Source: Escherichia phage vB_Eco_F22. From it: a DNA stretch of 64,000 bases. Below are positions 45,301 to 53,913 of the stretch, piece after piece (position 1 is the first letter of the stretch; the number at the start of each line of letters is the position of its first letter). The position numbers and the translations under genes are program-made. The notes below the pieces were generated by a model. The model did no database searches, had not been told where the DNA came from, and saw nothing but the letters and a program-made list of their open reading frames with translations. Location: sequence record OP870143.1, one strand, 5' to 3'.

Positions 45301-47149
45301 GGTTAATGAAGCTATCCATGGACATGATGTTGTCATACATCTGGATTGCAGCTTCCATTTGAACGTTAGGGTCTTCGGCAGTATTAACCAGGTCAGCCAT
45401 CTTCTGAATAGCTTCTACACGGTTAGTGGAACCAGAAACAGCTTCACGGATTACTGGGTTAGCTTGTTCCAACTCTACCGGGTCGAACTTCATTGCCTGA
45501 GTTAAGTCAGCAGCATACTGGGTAGCAGCAGCTTTCTCTTCCGGAGAAATATCCATTGCATCTACTGCTTCCTGTACAGTTGCTTGTGCTTGTTCTGCCT
45601 GAGCAGCAGCTTCCTGTGCAGCAGCATTAACCGTAGCATCAGCTACAGGGGATGCTTGTTCATTACGCTTGGCAACTTCTTCACCACGTTGAACCAGAAT
45701 GTTAGTAAGAGGAGATGCAGCTTTTGCTAGTGTTTTACCAACCAGAGAAGCACCAGCCAGGGTAGTACGAAGAGTAGGGCCAGCAGCAGCACCGGCAGCT
45801 TTAACAGTTGCACCAGGGACTTGAGCAACTCCAGCACTACCGAAGCCATAAAGTGCACCAAGACCTGCTTGCTCACCAACCCCTTTGAGGGTGTCACGGG
45901 ATGCATCAACGTTTTCTTTGATTGCAGTATTCTGTGCGAACTGACCAAAGCCGGATTGAATACCTTCCTCTACAGTTTCACGCAGCATATTAGAACCAGC
46001 ACCTGCCAGTGAACCTACCTTAAGTGGGTTAAGTTCAAAGCGAGATACCAGTGGGCCGGTAGCAGCAGCAACTGGAGCAGTTAAGCCAGCAGCAATGATA
46101 CCTGTTTCAGATGCAGTCTGACGACGTGCTTCATCAGGAGATAAACCATCAGCAATATGCTGTTGGTAAACAGGAGACTTACTTGCCAGTTCTTGGTGGG
46201 ACATCTTCATGATTTCAGAAGCAGTCTGTTGGTATGCACCACCAGCTTCCATACCACCGATTGCAATAGCAGGTGCAGCAACACGACCAGCAGACAGTGC
46301 AACCTGTGCAGGACGTGAACCTAACCCAGCAGCTAAGGTAATACCCTTAACAGCTTTATCACCACCTACCATTACTTTACCGAGTGCAGATACACCACGA
46401 ATAAGTGGACCACCGGTAAAGAGGGAACCAACACCTTCACTCAGTCCGTCAGAGGCAGCCATACCATTATCAAGTGTATTAGCAACAGAATCGAAAGCAT
46501 CACGACCAATACGAGACAAGGAGGCAACCAAATCGTTCTCCCCATTTTTGATGTCTTGTTCATAAAGTTTCTGATTCTTTTGAGCAGAAATCTGGTTCTG
46601 ATTCTGAACAACCTTACGGGTAGCATTCAGTGCATCAGACTGTAGATTGTGTACGCCTTCATTCAACCAATCCATCCCGGAAGCAATGGTTGCCCCGGCA
46701 TTATCATTGACCAAACCTGTGCCAAGAGCAGCAATGCCCCCAAGGGTATTAGCAACACCAAGACCAACACCAGAAAGAGTATCGCCAAATGCTTCTGCGT
46801 TAGTACGTTGTTTAGATAAGTCCTGACGTACAACATCCGCAGCATTAGCTCGGCTATTAAGAATTTGTAGACCTTGCTCATTACCGTATTTATTAATGAT
46901 TTCTAATGGGGAGGCTTGAGTGAAATCTGCCTGAAGTGAACCTGGTTCGAATGCACCGATTCCAAGATTACCTACACGTCCGGTCTGGAGATTGTAAGCA
47001 TTCTCTGGGGTTAATTGGAAAGGGATTTGCCCTTGTGCAGCTTGCTTCTGAGAGGTTGCAGTAGAGACATCGACTCGCTTAGCATTAGTGATGCTGTCTG
47101 CGAAACCTGCCAGACGGTCAAATGTTGACATAGCATGTTTCCTGTTCAA
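36302..47149 (-). CDS. Giant virion RNA polymerase (N4 gp50-like vRNAP), 3615 aa
   Basis: Single uninterrupted 10.8-kb ORF; central T7-like palm motifs LYVEADGVTNGPINAM (A), KNPLTITIYGSGARG (B), KIFDGMNIG (C); first gene of the leftward block. Confidence 0.8.
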   Translation of the reverse strand: MNRKHAMSTFDRLAGFADSITNAKRVDVSTATSQKQAAQGQIPFQLTPENAYNLQTGRVGNLGIGAFEPGSLQADFTQASPLEIINKYGNEQGLQILNSRANAADVVRQDLSKQRTNAEAFGDTLSGVGLGVANTLGGIAALGTGLVNDNAGATIASGMDWLNEGVHNLQSDALNATRKVVQNQNQISAQKNQKLYEQDIKNGENDLVASLSRIGRDAFDSVANTLDNGMAASDGLSEGVGSLFTGGPLIRGVSALGKVMVGGDKAVKGITLAAGLGSRPAQVALSAGRVAAPAIAIGGMEAGGAYQQTASEIMKMSHQELASKSPVYQQHIADGLSPDEARRQTASETGIIAAGLTAPVAAATGPLVSRFELNPLKVGSLAGAGSNMLRETVEEGIQSGFGQFAQNTAIKENVDASRDTLKGVGEQAGLGALYGFGSAGVAQVPGATVKAAGAAAGPTLRTTLAGASLVGKTLAKAASPLTNILVQRGEEVAKRNEQASPVADATVNAAAQEAAAQAEQAQATVQEAVDAMDISPEEKAAATQYAADLTQAMKFDPVELEQANPVIREAVSGSTNRVEAIQKMADLVNTAEDPNVQMEAAIQMYDNIMSMDSFINRDPGALANLEQGSPAAAIVDQFSGLMANVQNTPKVLRAFRAIHSMIQEQAEAGKLKATEEANQAQANNIAMAADVSPEVLDADSVNMVLKHASEGKITLGNRQRAALQSAAALLQGAREFDAKAEELGLRPQDIVSKQIKTDESRSNEGQYSALQHAKRIRSAYNSGNFDLASAYLSDFMKFAQHMQNKVGALNEHLISGNADKNKSVHYQALSPSREWVRSRTGLGVNPYDTKSVKFAQQVGLEAKTVADIANALATAYPELNVSHVKVTSLDSRLNKPAAQVVKEFRQGGLDATQSQQTNEPVNQVDETPAPVQEDTTTVQPKAKPVVENKTAPTKETSPKTEEVSTTKPETVDATLTNEDTIEQPTESERDAYVKENTISQETLNKSGDRRESPWLFADGTVVGSNGDHISLSDVFGHDGYRDMSLDTGSIRSTFYKGSEQPFVSLQLFDNQKLTAEQFNTVQSFVEANNAQILVGVDTSGRNTNNVEKDEVSLAQLKADYTVGGKPLSEMETVFPVYNNEKTPNQFLKAFTLPEEPKSRTIGSESPLADIKQALSSAARFEAFTQKENNALTGDVLERYQDLMDFGETLKTTLSERLAKFLANKNVGKRFAEGTEANRWVGGKLLNIVEKDGDTFKFNDQLLETAVLAGLQWRLTAAQNAAIKDIKDVAAITGVEASLLPESILAEFENAQTLVEATSSLAQKIESYWGLNRNPNAPLGYTKGIPVAMATEILSSLIEMGAVTETMLDVSEIDPDSNKTIGLYTINKLADKDPINNFPTAIEEAVLVNPEEKMYFGDDIPSVAQTQLRNPAVKNTPEQKAALKAEQATEFRVHMPMVNFYEALGRDSILELMGAGTLNPDLLNKNNAKSLEGKNLSVSMAYDSLFGLINHLKEQENGLDTPIHYGYNMTRVGRMQMLGKNNPQSSKLVREAILPTFSTIDLSNENSQAFSDFQLGLAQALGIKVHKMSREAMSEELTKALEGKLKPAVDMMVEFDKSGHLPTDAVDILKTSLGDNKSFVALMALMEYARYLNSDNRANFNTPLYVEADGVTNGPINAMVLMTGGKFTPNWIKNTAKGGLFFGRAGKTMNEHCSIDDNVDLYEASTNSLQFYLNELRSAYRNNVPVMSQMDHLQKLMDLFIKDFNLNEDGTLDLKRGIAKNPLTITIYGSGARGIAGKMVSAITDAIYERLSDVLQARATDPSISPAMALFGKEAASEADAQAMLDTFLTSMEALTGKIPAKRKGKLFIKEVDGALTGELDPQEFTVSGDALKNLQENMLHFFVEPMRQSIRFTVGEGLMHSTENLQKATQIQSLVLQDMFQQAVQAKLAEKEKDPTWKKGDFLTQEELNEIQKSLSPLAPMIETGSQTFYIAGSENTDVANQVLATNLDDRMRVPMSIYAPSQAGVAGIPFMTIGTGDGMMMQTLSTMKGAPKNTLKIFDGMNIGINDITDASRKANEAVYTSWQGNPIKNVYDSFSKFMKNVDFNKLSDKTIDDIARSALDFEQLSHISRVEGDRQYKIDMIEKSGVNLIERNLRNIALGVDIRHKVMNQVQTTVDQMAAVGAPYVNNGKISLEGLTVDQQVAKLNELFDAELNKRRDAVRAAKAEPVKEVPAEETPVKEVPAMEQVGRVLKSGVRLLSNTAITKLAKEMSPEQQAVLKEVQKSLAAKDYKVVYGTPAQLDAYAIEKNITRPAPEDIEAAEAGNAYGWTNFDDKTIYLVTPSLETLVHELVHASTFESVLAHYEGTPNEAVQNIEDLMNQFRTLDVKDETPAVREAYADALNTINGHLSNGFIEPAMAKAAALNEYMAWGLTNRELISKQKKTTALKTMVQSVYEAIKRLVFGRKKAPANADDMFSGLLFNSSVVMRGQAPTAAVSKDTTLFHNKAYGDNTRLEELGQTFDKLITNYIGSEPVQQVIRKGKFSDAVVNATKVTRDVQAHGFTMNMQEQRLFTNIVAALATEAAISPAALSRAQEYYAHVTKNLTVEAFMADPDSTNPADRYYAQQKFDTIMGANNIEFDAQGRSSLLPTFVGLAMVSEEVRNVLANIPVMKADKKSGNTIDAMLTNIGTAAMSSLNARVAGDTKATNVQEGMDALAQTIMQTSLNAQSFYDSVATPSGNAIDRANQYLVDSIDALSTRALESAREVAANTKNPLVKGAAHAAQLVAAIATEKNGAIVAEGVMAAMNQGKVWQPFHDLVNDLTGRTKSNASVYDLIKAVRAQVQADRQQFREHLPTTIASKFSRKLTNDEWKAMHTGMGKTDLAVLRDTMSLAEIRDLLSDQKIVDREVNKLEADLQKQAGRNWPLISRKSKQLAQFMINGTVGNNLLRNATAISRMLGERQAARSTVDVAQLDKLITLYALEAMNKSDREMLSSLAQTEVDGMDFATSYLVGQRKDEMAKAKSDMRATLNQYKGHIPSETKQGVNLIVAEDSQFGDLIEKSYVRLGTYQGSSANRGPARSYYFAPVQAQAPFSQGILQNVRNTAGGVDIGTGFTMGSMVAGRITDKPSVDRITKALARGERGNEPLLPVYDDKGNVVAYEQSIDPNMLKHIEGENHLARAIGVWRGRQVEEAKAQRFNNMLIENLHSMYENDIKMSASNKSQYVNLLGSKLDPVTADALKLMNSETRQKAESLFGEGELWVRRDMLNDALGYRAASVGDAWSGNSRWSPETLDTFKKAMLGVFGNRAYKYTMGGENLVQNLVKEAKTLIVVKSVVVPAVNFLANLYQMVARGVPVKNIAKSIPQKTAEINQYLKSRLRQVDAEAELRAATNPNQIRKLKAEIQSITDSHKRMSIWPLLEAGEFSSIADAGIGRDDILITEGKLHEYMEKLADKLPKSVRTAGRYALITKDTALFQGIQKTVEYSDFIAKAIIYDELTQRKGKTREEALGRVTEEFVNYDRLPGRFRGYMESVGLMWFYNFKIRSAKVAVSMIRNNPVHAAMAMLAPTPTMFGNVGLPIQDNIFSIAAKGGLDYSWGFGQGLRAHNLNPWMNLVN

Positions 47150-47193
47150 ACTTATATCGTATATAGGTAACTTACTCTACAGTAAGCCAGTGT

Positions 47194-47216
47194 AAGAAAA
47201 AAGCCCCGTAGGGCTT
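47194..47216 (-). terminator. Intrinsic terminator between the upstream virion gene and vRNAP
   Basis: Hairpin AAGCCCC-GTA-GGGCTT; read on the minus strand it is followed by TTTTTTCTT. Confidence 0.55.
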
Positions 47217-47225
47217 TTATTAGTA

Positions 47226-49178
47226 TTACCGATTTTGTCTTGGTTGCATATACTCGGGCAGTCCTTGTGCCTGACGTAAGTATCGTGCAGCACGCTCTTC
47301 ATCTTCCTTGGCTCGTGCCCTGTCCACACTAGCCTGTGACTGGAAACCTCTTGGAGCCAGGTTAGCTGGGTCAGCTTGAACTTGTGCCTGTGCAGCTTGG
47401 AGCATTGCAGCAGCTTTAGTAACAGCTTCCTGTCTTGCAGGTAACAATGCAGTAAGACCTGTTTGTCCGGTGTTAATCTTATTCTGGGTATTTGCCAGTG
47501 CAGCTACAGCAGCATCATATGCAGTCTGTGCTGCCTGAATATTCTGCATAGCTTGAGCACGACCCAGGTTACGAACACTACCTTCCAGTGGCTCTCCCCG
47601 TTTCACACCCTCAATTAACTGTTCTACCTGACGGTCATTAAGACGCATACCATTACCGGCTTCATTGGTAATGAGTGGGTTAATTGCATCAATAGCACGG
47701 CTAATATAACCCTCTGGTACACCGGTCTGTGCACGTTGCATAACAGCAGCAGCCATAGCTGGTGACATATTCCCACGTTGAGAAATATCATTCAGTCGGT
47801 TCAGTACCCAGTTACGGTCAGCACCTTTAAAATCACCCTCCAACAGACGGTTAGCAATCTCACCTACTGGGGTATTATCAGTGACAGTACCGAGGAAGTC
47901 TGTATTAAGACTACCGGTGTTATCCTGCATAGAACGAGTACCAATCATACCGGTAGCCAGAGTAGATACTGCCTGATTACCAACCATAGCTAGTGGGTCA
48001 GCCCCCACTTCTGCTTGGGCAATAACAGGTTTAATCTGTTCCCAAGTCATATCCTTATAAGCACCCGGAGTAGAGTTAGGCAGAGCAGCCCAGGTATCTT
48101 TAAGGTTGCCATTCTTACGGGCCTCGAAGATAGCCTTACCAATCTTATCCTGGTTCTCAGGAGAAAGAGGCTGGCTTTGCCAATCTGAACCAAGAACTTT
48201 GGGAGCGAAGTCTTGCAGAGTAGCTTGGTTAATCTGGAATGCACCAACAGGTGAAGCACCCTGGTTCGTCTTCATACCTTCTTGATGCTTAACTACATCA
48301 CCAATACTCATTTGAGTAATAGGAGTAGAAGTACCAGCAAACTGGTAAGTAACATCATAAGGGGAACCCTGACGTGTACCAGCAGTACCCGGAGCAGATG
48401 CAGCACCCACACCATTACCGTATACACCCGGGTAAGCACTAGCCAGTAATCCCTGCAAACGTGCCTGTGCAACCGGGGACAGGTTCTTACTATATGCTTC
48501 TGCCAACAGACGGGCATCATTAGGGTTCTCAGCACCACGGGTAATCTGTGACATTACACCCATAGCAGCCTGACTATCAGCATCATTACGCTGAGCAACA
48601 CCTAAATCAAAACGATTCTGAGCTTGATTAATAGCCTGACCACCCTGACCTTGAAGACTACTCAGCATGTCCAATTGCTGGTTAGCAGGGAGTGCAGACA
48701 ATGCATCACGGGTCTGACTTAATGCAGCATTAATACGGTTCTGGTCACCGGACTGATAAGCCTCAGACAGTAAACGAATAGCAGGGGAAGCATTATCTAA
48801 TGCAGAGTTAGTATCCTGCAAACGTCCAAAGATATAAGCATTGTAGTCATTGGTTCCCTGCTGACCTTGTTGAGTCAGTAATGTACCTGCTCTCTCGTCC
48901 AGATTCTGGAGAGTACGCTGGTTTATCAGTGAAGGGTCAACCCCCTGAAACAATGCACCAGATGCTAAAGCATTACGGTACTCATTCGGGTCTTGATACT
49001 GCATAGCATTCATCATGACGGCATTGCCAGCCTCCTGCTTGGCAGCGTTCTGGAAATTACCCAGTGCATCACTTAAGCCGGAGGTGGCGTTACCAATCAT
49101 GTTGCCAAATGTGCGAATGCTGTCACCAACTCCAGAGAAGTTAGGTGCATCAACATTTCTCCACGTTATCTGAGCCAT
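47226..49178 (-). CDS. Virion-associated protein (650 aa)
   Basis: Large ORF directly upstream of vRNAP on the same strand. Confidence 0.5.
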   Translation of the reverse strand: MAQITWRNVDAPNFSGVGDSIRTFGNMIGNATSGLSDALGNFQNAAKQEAGNAVMMNAMQYQDPNEYRNALASGALFQGVDPSLINQRTLQNLDERAGTLLTQQGQQGTNDYNAYIFGRLQDTNSALDNASPAIRLLSEAYQSGDQNRINAALSQTRDALSALPANQQLDMLSSLQGQGGQAINQAQNRFDLGVAQRNDADSQAAMGVMSQITRGAENPNDARLLAEAYSKNLSPVAQARLQGLLASAYPGVYGNGVGAASAPGTAGTRQGSPYDVTYQFAGTSTPITQMSIGDVVKHQEGMKTNQGASPVGAFQINQATLQDFAPKVLGSDWQSQPLSPENQDKIGKAIFEARKNGNLKDTWAALPNSTPGAYKDMTWEQIKPVIAQAEVGADPLAMVGNQAVSTLATGMIGTRSMQDNTGSLNTDFLGTVTDNTPVGEIANRLLEGDFKGADRNWVLNRLNDISQRGNMSPAMAAAVMQRAQTGVPEGYISRAIDAINPLITNEAGNGMRLNDRQVEQLIEGVKRGEPLEGSVRNLGRAQAMQNIQAAQTAYDAAVAALANTQNKINTGQTGLTALLPARQEAVTKAAAMLQAAQAQVQADPANLAPRGFQSQASVDRARAKEDEERAARYLRQAQGLPEYMQPRQNR

Positions 49179-49190
49179 GATGGTTTCCTA

Positions 49191-49655
49191 TTAACGGGTT
49201 AGTTTATTAGCTGCAATGTAAGCATCAGCTGAAGACTGGTCACGGTTCTCTGCTGTAGCACGACTACGAGCACGGTCTTCCAGTGCAGTGTTATAAGACT
49301 TAATCTGGTTATTCAGGTTAGTGTTAGTAACACTCTTAGTAAAGTTCAACTGGTCTTTGGCTAACTTGTTAGCCTGGAAACCACTATAGATACCAGCTAA
49401 GGAACCAAGTGCACCAAGTCCTAGTTGGAAGGTGGGTACGTTCATACCCAACTGATTAGCTGAACCAGATAAGAAGGAGGTAGGGGAAGCCACTCCTGTA
49501 CCTGTATTCATACCAATAGCTGCACCCGGATTATAGTTCATAGCTGGAGTATTAAAGTTTTGATTGTTATTAGACATCCAAGACATAGCAGCTGGCTGTG
49601 GGGTTTGGTTGCCTGTTAAAAATGACAAATCCATGGGGATTCTCCTGTTAAACAA
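49191..49655 (-). CDS. Hypothetical virion protein (154 aa)
   Basis: ORF in the late structural block, 8-nt overlap with the upstream gene. Confidence 0.5.
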   Translation of the reverse strand: MFNRRIPMDLSFLTGNQTPQPAAMSWMSNNNQNFNTPAMNYNPGAAIGMNTGTGVASPTSFLSGSANQLGMNVPTFQLGLGALGSLAGIYSGFQANKLAKDQLNFTKSVTNTNLNNQIKSYNTALEDRARSRATAENRDQSSADAYIAANKLTR

Positions 49656-52290
49656 GGTCAGTATTAAGGGTCATATCAGAGTAGCTGCCAACCATGTTTA
49701 AAGACATGTCAGCTATATCCGAACCAGTCATAAGAGTACGTGAGAGGAAAGAATCCATCGACTCCATTGACACAAATTGCATAGGGTCAATTACACCCTG
49801 CCCAGCAGTACCAAACATTTCTTCATACTGCTTATTGATTGCCATCATATCAGTATTGTACTGCTGCATTAAATTCTCTGCTTTCTGAATAGTAGCAGCC
49901 GTGGATGCATTAATATACTGACTAATGCCGTTACCCACTGAACTGGTAAGTTGCATGATGTTCTGAGCATTCATCATTTCACTGGCTAAGGTAGATAAAG
50001 ATGTACCAGTAGACATAGCAGTACCAACGTTCATAGCTACCATTGAAGCAACAGCAGCAATGATAAAACCTAGCTTATCACCAAAGAGTGAAGTGGATAC
50101 TTTAGTGACAATAGATATCAGAATCATTGCAGCAATGGCGTTTGCTACAGCACCAACTATTACAGCAGCTAACCCAACAAAACCTAGCGATGCACCAACT
50201 GCACCATATGCCCCAAGAATACCAGCACCACCAGTACCCATAGTAAATACGGATACAACGACAGCAACCACAACAACCACAATCTTAAAGGCAGAGGTTT
50301 GATACCACTTCTGCTTAACCTTCTTGTATGAGTTCATCACTAAGTAGGAACAAGCAGTAGACAGTTGGGTACTACGAGTCAGTGACATTGAACGGTAGAT
50401 GTTAGTGTGTAGTGGAATAATGAATCCACTTTCCTCTGCATCACCCATTGCTTCGGCAACATCAATACTCACTGACTTATTTTTATATACTCTATTGTTG
50501 TGGTTTAGTCCCAGTACTCTAAGTTTACGGTAGGTGTCATTACCATCCTGCCAAAGCAATTCATACTCCTGCATAGAATAAAACGTAGGAGTAACTTCTA
50601 GTTTTTTGTTAGCACCAGTACGTATGTTCTTACGGGTAAGGGTTATATCCCCTGCATATCTGGCTCGAAGTTGCCCCTGCTTAGCACCAGCCCATGCTTT
50701 ACCAGAATGAGTAGTTTCAAACACATAGTTCCAACGGATGGTCATGTCATACTTATAATGCTTACTACTATGTACCCTAAACTCTCGCTTAGGTATGACA
50801 GGGTATTCTGGTAGTGGAGGAGGTGTTCCAACAATTTGACCTTCCTGTCTGTTCCACCATTCTACGTATGCATCGACTGCATCGTTTGCTGCCTGATAAC
50901 CTGCAATCACTGCTTCCAGTGTGGGGTAGGTTGGGTCAGGTGGGAATGCTTCAGTAGCCATCTGAAAGAAACGGTAGATGTATTCCTTAGCAGTATCTTC
51001 TGGAGTGTTAAGAGATACACCGAATGTGCCATAGATGTACTGGATATCACCTATGTCGTCATTCTTCTTAAGCTCAGTAACTACTTTATTAAGCTTACCA
51101 CCAGTAGCTTTATAGAGTGCCTTCTTACAGTGGGGGTAGATTGGGTCATTCTCTACCCATTGTTTATCATTCCTGATTGGAATGAATGGATAGAATCGGT
51201 TATCGGTAGCTTCCGTTTCAAACAGTGAATCGAGTGCAACGTTACCAGAGTTCTGCTTATAGATAAGCATCTTAGGAGTACCAACAGCAGTCATCTCAGT
51301 ATCAGTACGAGTAGTCTGGGATGAGTACTTACGAACCAGTGTCTCTGTGGTTGTGGTAATTGTATCTGTGCGAGTAACACCACCACCTAAATCAACTACA
51401 TTGGTAGTTACAGTAGTACTGGATTGAACCTCACCAAACTTTGTATGAGTCATTACCCTGTCAGATACAACTACAGTTACATCATCAGGCTTCTCAGTGA
51501 ACCCCCTACGGTAAACCTTAACGTAAGAGTTCCAGTTATCTACACTTGGTTCAGTAACAGTACTGTCTTCATCCGGTCTACCATCAGAGTAAACAGAATG
51601 GGTCTGTATAGTCTTAGTAAGATTGGTTGTATTAGCTGTAGTATCGCTTGAGATAGTGGTCCACAACAAAGTAGACGGTAAGTCATCTTCATCATCATAG
51701 ACAGTAGTCGGACCTACTACCGGTGGATTGATAATAGGGGACTTATAGAATGAGTAATCAGCATAGAGATACAAAGCACCTGGTTCAAAGTTAGTAGGTG
51801 TGAATGTAATGGTAGAACCTCCATCCAGGGAGGTCATAGTAATTTCATTGGTATCTTCATCAATGTCTATATCAAATCGTTCCATAATTCGACTTGGGGC
51901 ATTCTCATAAAGATACTGGTCACACCATTGCTCAAAGTCAGCAAAGCCAATCTCTGCTGCCTGAACATAGACAGATTCTCCGGCAGGTGGGGTAATTTGA
52001 CCCTCTATAACAGTAGGGTCAATCTTAGCCAGTACACCTAACGAAGAACCAGCCATACCAACTTCTGAATCATAGTGGTTCTTACTCCAGCTGGAGAACA
52101 GTCGCATACGAATACCCGGCCCATTCAGATAACTATCAGAGATAGTGTCTGCCATAGTGAATCCCGTATTGGAAACAATGTTACCAATGACTACAGTCTT
52201 CATATAGTTTGGACGTTTGTGTATATCCCCTGCCATGTTATAGACAGAGGATGCTACGTATACTTTGGTCTTCCCACTGAATAAGCCCAT
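49648..52290 (-). CDS. Large virion structural protein (880 aa) with extended Gly/Ala/Val-rich hydrophobic segment
   Basis: Long ORF; about 90-residue hydrophobic stretch starting VVVVAVVVSVFTMGTGGAGILGAYGAVGASLGFVGLAAVIVGAVANAIAAMILISIVT. Confidence 0.55.
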   Translation of the reverse strand: MGLFSGKTKVYVASSVYNMAGDIHKRPNYMKTVVIGNIVSNTGFTMADTISDSYLNGPGIRMRLFSSWSKNHYDSEVGMAGSSLGVLAKIDPTVIEGQITPPAGESVYVQAAEIGFADFEQWCDQYLYENAPSRIMERFDIDIDEDTNEITMTSLDGGSTITFTPTNFEPGALYLYADYSFYKSPIINPPVVGPTTVYDDEDDLPSTLLWTTISSDTTANTTNLTKTIQTHSVYSDGRPDEDSTVTEPSVDNWNSYVKVYRRGFTEKPDDVTVVVSDRVMTHTKFGEVQSSTTVTTNVVDLGGGVTRTDTITTTTETLVRKYSSQTTRTDTEMTAVGTPKMLIYKQNSGNVALDSLFETEATDNRFYPFIPIRNDKQWVENDPIYPHCKKALYKATGGKLNKVVTELKKNDDIGDIQYIYGTFGVSLNTPEDTAKEYIYRFFQMATEAFPPDPTYPTLEAVIAGYQAANDAVDAYVEWWNRQEGQIVGTPPPLPEYPVIPKREFRVHSSKHYKYDMTIRWNYVFETTHSGKAWAGAKQGQLRARYAGDITLTRKNIRTGANKKLEVTPTFYSMQEYELLWQDGNDTYRKLRVLGLNHNNRVYKNKSVSIDVAEAMGDAEESGFIIPLHTNIYRSMSLTRSTQLSTACSYLVMNSYKKVKQKWYQTSAFKIVVVVVAVVVSVFTMGTGGAGILGAYGAVGASLGFVGLAAVIVGAVANAIAAMILISIVTKVSTSLFGDKLGFIIAAVASMVAMNVGTAMSTGTSLSTLASEMMNAQNIMQLTSSVGNGISQYINASTAATIQKAENLMQQYNTDMMAINKQYEEMFGTAGQGVIDPMQFVSMESMDSFLSRTLMTGSDIADMSLNMVGSYSDMTLNTDLV

Positions 52291-52291
52291 A

Positions 52292-53134
52292 TTAGTTCAG
52301 CCCGTTGTTAGACTTCAGCTTGGTCAGAATGGTATCAATACTTGCGTTAGTGAAACCATTAGGTGGGTTCAAGCCTTCATCAATAGTCTTCTGTGTAATC
52401 CATGCATCAGTAAACAGCTTAGATGCTTTAACTTCTGCATCACGTTGGTAAGAAGTAATTTGCTGAGAGTACAACTCTTTCTGCTTACCTACAGAACCAG
52501 TAACAGTAGCTCCATCACTTCGGGTATCTAGCGTCTGTGCACGTTGTGCTTCGGTCTGCTCAGTAATCAGCTTAAGCTGTTGAGGTAACATCTGGTCAGC
52601 ATTAAATAATGCAGCACAGTATGTTTCAGACTCAGTAGCAATCTTCAGTTTAGTAAGAGCATACTCACTCTTAGCAGACAGTGCCTGAATCTTAGCCAGT
52701 ACATACTGAGCTTTAGAAGTTGCCAGTTGAACGCGTGCAGTAACTGCCTGAATCTGTGCCATAGCAGCAGCCCAGTATGCTTGGTCACGACCAAGTAAAA
52801 ACTGAACAGCATTACTCATGCACGATTCCATCATAGCAATGTATGCTTTGGTGTATTCACCACCAGTAATACGATTAGCTTTAAACTCAGCTTTAAGGTG
52901 ATTGTGTGCAGATTCCATTAATGCATCAAACGTACCACTACCACCTACTTCACGGGTAGTAAGTGATTCATTTGTTACTTTAGTAATAGCATCAAAGATT
53001 GGGGAATTATCACCACCAGGGATATCCCATTCAGGACCAGACATATCAATGTCAGGGAGGGTAAAGTCATCACCCTTAGTTAACTCTTCTAGGAGTCGGT
53101 TAGCTTCTACCTCAGCAGAACAAGACATAATCAT
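52292..53134 (-). CDS. Structural protein (280 aa)
   Basis: ORF in the late block. Confidence 0.5.
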   Translation of the reverse strand: MIMSCSAEVEANRLLEELTKGDDFTLPDIDMSGPEWDIPGGDNSPIFDAITKVTNESLTTREVGGSGTFDALMESAHNHLKAEFKANRITGGEYTKAYIAMMESCMSNAVQFLLGRDQAYWAAAMAQIQAVTARVQLATSKAQYVLAKIQALSAKSEYALTKLKIATESETYCAALFNADQMLPQQLKLITEQTEAQRAQTLDTRSDGATVTGSVGKQKELYSQQITSYQRDAEVKASKLFTDAWITQKTIDEGLNPPNGFTNASIDTILTKLKSNNGLN

Positions 53135-53204
53135 TCCTCTTGGTTCAAAAAGAAACGGCCCACGGAGTTACCCCAGTGAGCCGTGTTGAACTGTAGCTTA
53201 TACG

Positions 53205-53846
53205 TTAATCGTTCAGGCTACCAGCAGCAATCTGTGCTTGAGCCAGTTGAGCCAATTCTGCTTCAGTCAGCGGAGGCAATACTTCAATGGAGAACTCACG
53301 TGCTTCTGTTGCACGGATATCCGGTAAGCCATTCTTACCTTTGCGAGTCGTAATGTTGATGAACTTACGCTCTTTAAGGAACTCATAAATACAGTACGGA
53401 ATATGATAACCATTGTCGGTGACTTCACCGAATGGAACAAACTTACGTACAGTACCCATATATTCGTTAGCTACGGTGATAATCTCACCCGGCAGGTCTT
53501 TCTTCTTAGGATCAAGGTTCTGGATACGTACACGAATCAGTCGAGTCTGTTCTGCACGAATCTTCTGACCCAGAGTCATTTTCTTAACACCTGCTTCTTG
53601 TTTTTCACCCAAAGGATTAACAGCAGTTTCTTTTACTTCTGGTTCATCTTTTGCTTGTGCAGCTTCAATCTTCTCACGGAGTTTCTCAACGGAGATGTTG
53701 TTAGAGAACTTAATATTCATCAATGTTGCACGTTGCTTAAGAACTTCAAGTTCGCTAGGCATTGCAATATCGTTAACGGTATCTTCGTTGCCCTGTACGT
53801 CCAGTTCTACGTCAGTGGTCGGTTTATCGTTAATGCTCATGTTCAT
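53205..53846 (-). CDS. Hypothetical structural protein (213 aa)
   Basis: ORF downstream of the capsid gene. Confidence 0.5.
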   Translation of the reverse strand: MNMSINDKPTTDVELDVQGNEDTVNDIAMPSELEVLKQRATLMNIKFSNNISVEKLREKIEAAQAKDEPEVKETAVNPLGEKQEAGVKKMTLGQKIRAEQTRLIRVRIQNLDPKKKDLPGEIITVANEYMGTVRKFVPFGEVTDNGYHIPYCIYEFLKERKFINITTRKGKNGLPDIRATEAREFSIEVLPPLTEAELAQLAQAQIAAGSLND

Positions 53847-53882
53847 ATTTCCTGTGGTTCAACTAGTTTTATTAAGAGGGGG

Positions 53883-53906
53883 ACTTATGTCCCCCTTGTT
53901 TTATTT
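53883..53906. terminator. Strong hairpin downstream of the major capsid gene (orientation ambiguous)
   Basis: Hairpin AGAGGGGGAC-TTAT-GTCCCCCT; T-run is stronger on the + strand reading than on the - strand. Confidence 0.35.
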
Positions 53907-53913
53907 AGGACTA

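Noticed and set aside
37190-46881. Numerous 60-140 aa + strand ORFs inside the 36302..47149 region
   Set aside because: They lie antisense within the uninterrupted 3615-aa vRNAP ORF, have no RBS pattern, and are the expected byproduct of a long ORF on the opposite strand
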